64,000 nucleotides of DNA from Kaistia sp. (lineage in GTDB: Bacteria > Pseudomonadota > Alphaproteobacteria > Rhizobiales > Kaistiaceae): NCBI GenBank assembly GCA_965229325.1, contig OZ245873.1, forward strand, positions 914,716-978,715, given 5' to 3'. The translations under genes and the position numbers were made by a program. Positions 63,298 through 64,000 of the stretch are shown here, in pieces (the stretch's first letter is position 1; each line of letters begins with the position of its first letter). The notes under the pieces are model-generated. The model worked only from the letters and a program-made list of their open reading frames with translations. It was not told where the DNA came from and did not search any database.

Positions 63298-64000
63298 ACA
63301 ATCACGCACTTACCTCGGATGTCGAAATCCGGGTTTTCCACTTCTTCTGCGGCCTCGGCGGTGGCGCCAAGGGTTTCAATCGAGGCGCGGCGCGCATCGG
63401 GACGATGCGGGCCAAGTTCCGCTGTCTGGGCGGTATCGACGTTGACCCGGCATCGATCCGGGATTTCGAGCGTCTCGCCGGCGTCAGGGGCACCGTGCTC
63501 GACCTGTTCTCGCTGGAACAGTACCAGGCCTTCCACGGGAAGATGCCGCCGTCCGGCTGGCGGGAGGCGGGCATAGCCGACATTCATCGCGCCGCCGGCG
63601 ACGAGCGGCCGCACATCGTCTTCCTGTCGGCGCCGTGCAAGGGCTTTTCGGGACTGCTGTCTGAGACTGCCTCCAAGACGGCCAAGTATCAGGCGCTGAA
63701 CGGCCTTACGCTGCGCGGCGTCTTCCTGATGCTTGAGGCGTGGAAGAATGACCCGCCAGAGCTGATCGTCTTCGAGAACGTGCCGCGGATTGCCAAGCGG
63801 GGCCGCCGGCTGCTCGACCAGATCGTCGCCCTCCTGCGCGCTTACGGCTATGCCGTCGCCGAGACGACACATGACTGCGGCGTCATTGGCGGCCTCGGCC
63901 AGAGCCGGAAGCGCTTCCTCCTGGTCGCACGTCACATGGAGAAGGTGCCGCCCTTTCTCTACGAGCCCCCGAAGCATCGGCTGAAGGGCGTCGGCGAAGT
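63294..64000 (+). CDS. C5 DNA cytosine methyltransferase (5' part; runs off the window)
   Basis: Manual translation: FHFFCGLGG (motif I), GGIDVD, SAPCKGFS (motif IV PC), VFENVPRI (motif VI), QSRKRF (motif VIII). Confidence 0.92.
   Translation, partial: MNNHALTSDVEIRVFHFFCGLGGGAKGFNRGAARIGTMRAKFRCLGGIDVDPASIRDFERLAGVRGTVLDLFSLEQYQAFHGKMPPSGWREAGIADIHRAAGDERPHIVFLSAPCKGFSGLLSETASKTAKYQALNGLTLRGVFLMLEAWKNDPPELIVFENVPRIAKRGRRLLDQIVALLRAYGYAVAETTHDCGVIGGLGQSRKRFLLVARHMEKVPPFLYEPPKHRLKGVGE

Larger units (their letters stand above)
11235..64000. mobile_element. Temperate prophage (lambda-like cos head, Mu-like contractile tail); right end outside window
   Basis: Contiguous terminase, portal, capsid, sheath, baseplate, fibres, lysis, replication and immunity genes starting at a tRNA-derived att. 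Confidence 0.95.

Noticed and set aside
61462-63309. 615-aa minus-strand ORF (also 18011-19741 and similar)
   Set aside because: Antisense to motif-rich helicase and capsid genes

Overview
High-GC alphaproteobacterial (Rhizobiales-like) chromosome. 1-8950 is host backbone: RND efflux pair, sugar transferase, porin, DUF2177, DUF1295, orphan BrnA, YghU-like GST and a GreA/B-like gene. 9.0-11.2 kb is a decayed accessory islet: ParE toxin fragment, IS3 stub, Rrf2 regulator and Zn-binding oxidoreductase. From a tRNA-Ser 3'-end fragment at 11235-11255 (putative att) to beyond the window end lies an apparently intact temperate cos phage. It has a lambda-like cos, terminase, portal and protease-capsid fusion, a Mu-like contractile tail with two receptor-binding modules (one an SGNH tailspike), an antisense SGNH moron, and a lysis cassette. 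After lysis come an alphaproteobacterial LexA box between a leftward Zn-finger mini-operon and gam, then a Dam-like MTase. The cro-cII-replication arm runs on the opposite strand and converges on the late genes. The CI-like repressor has no peptidase domain, and readable 19-bp operators sit at pR and pL. The pL arm carries ParB-like proteins, DUF5131, a nuclease, an SNF2 helicase and a C5 MTase. Best leads: (i) an Acb2/Tad1-like sponge gene flanked by exact 48-bp direct repeats next to an orphan TAXI solute-binding protein; (ii) a LexA-box-controlled candidate antirepressor paired with a non-cleavable repressor; (iii) paired virion and lysogen SGNH esterases; (iv) a G13 tract that sets the reading frame at a ParB-like gene start. 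All family names come from motifs recognised by eye; no database searches were run.
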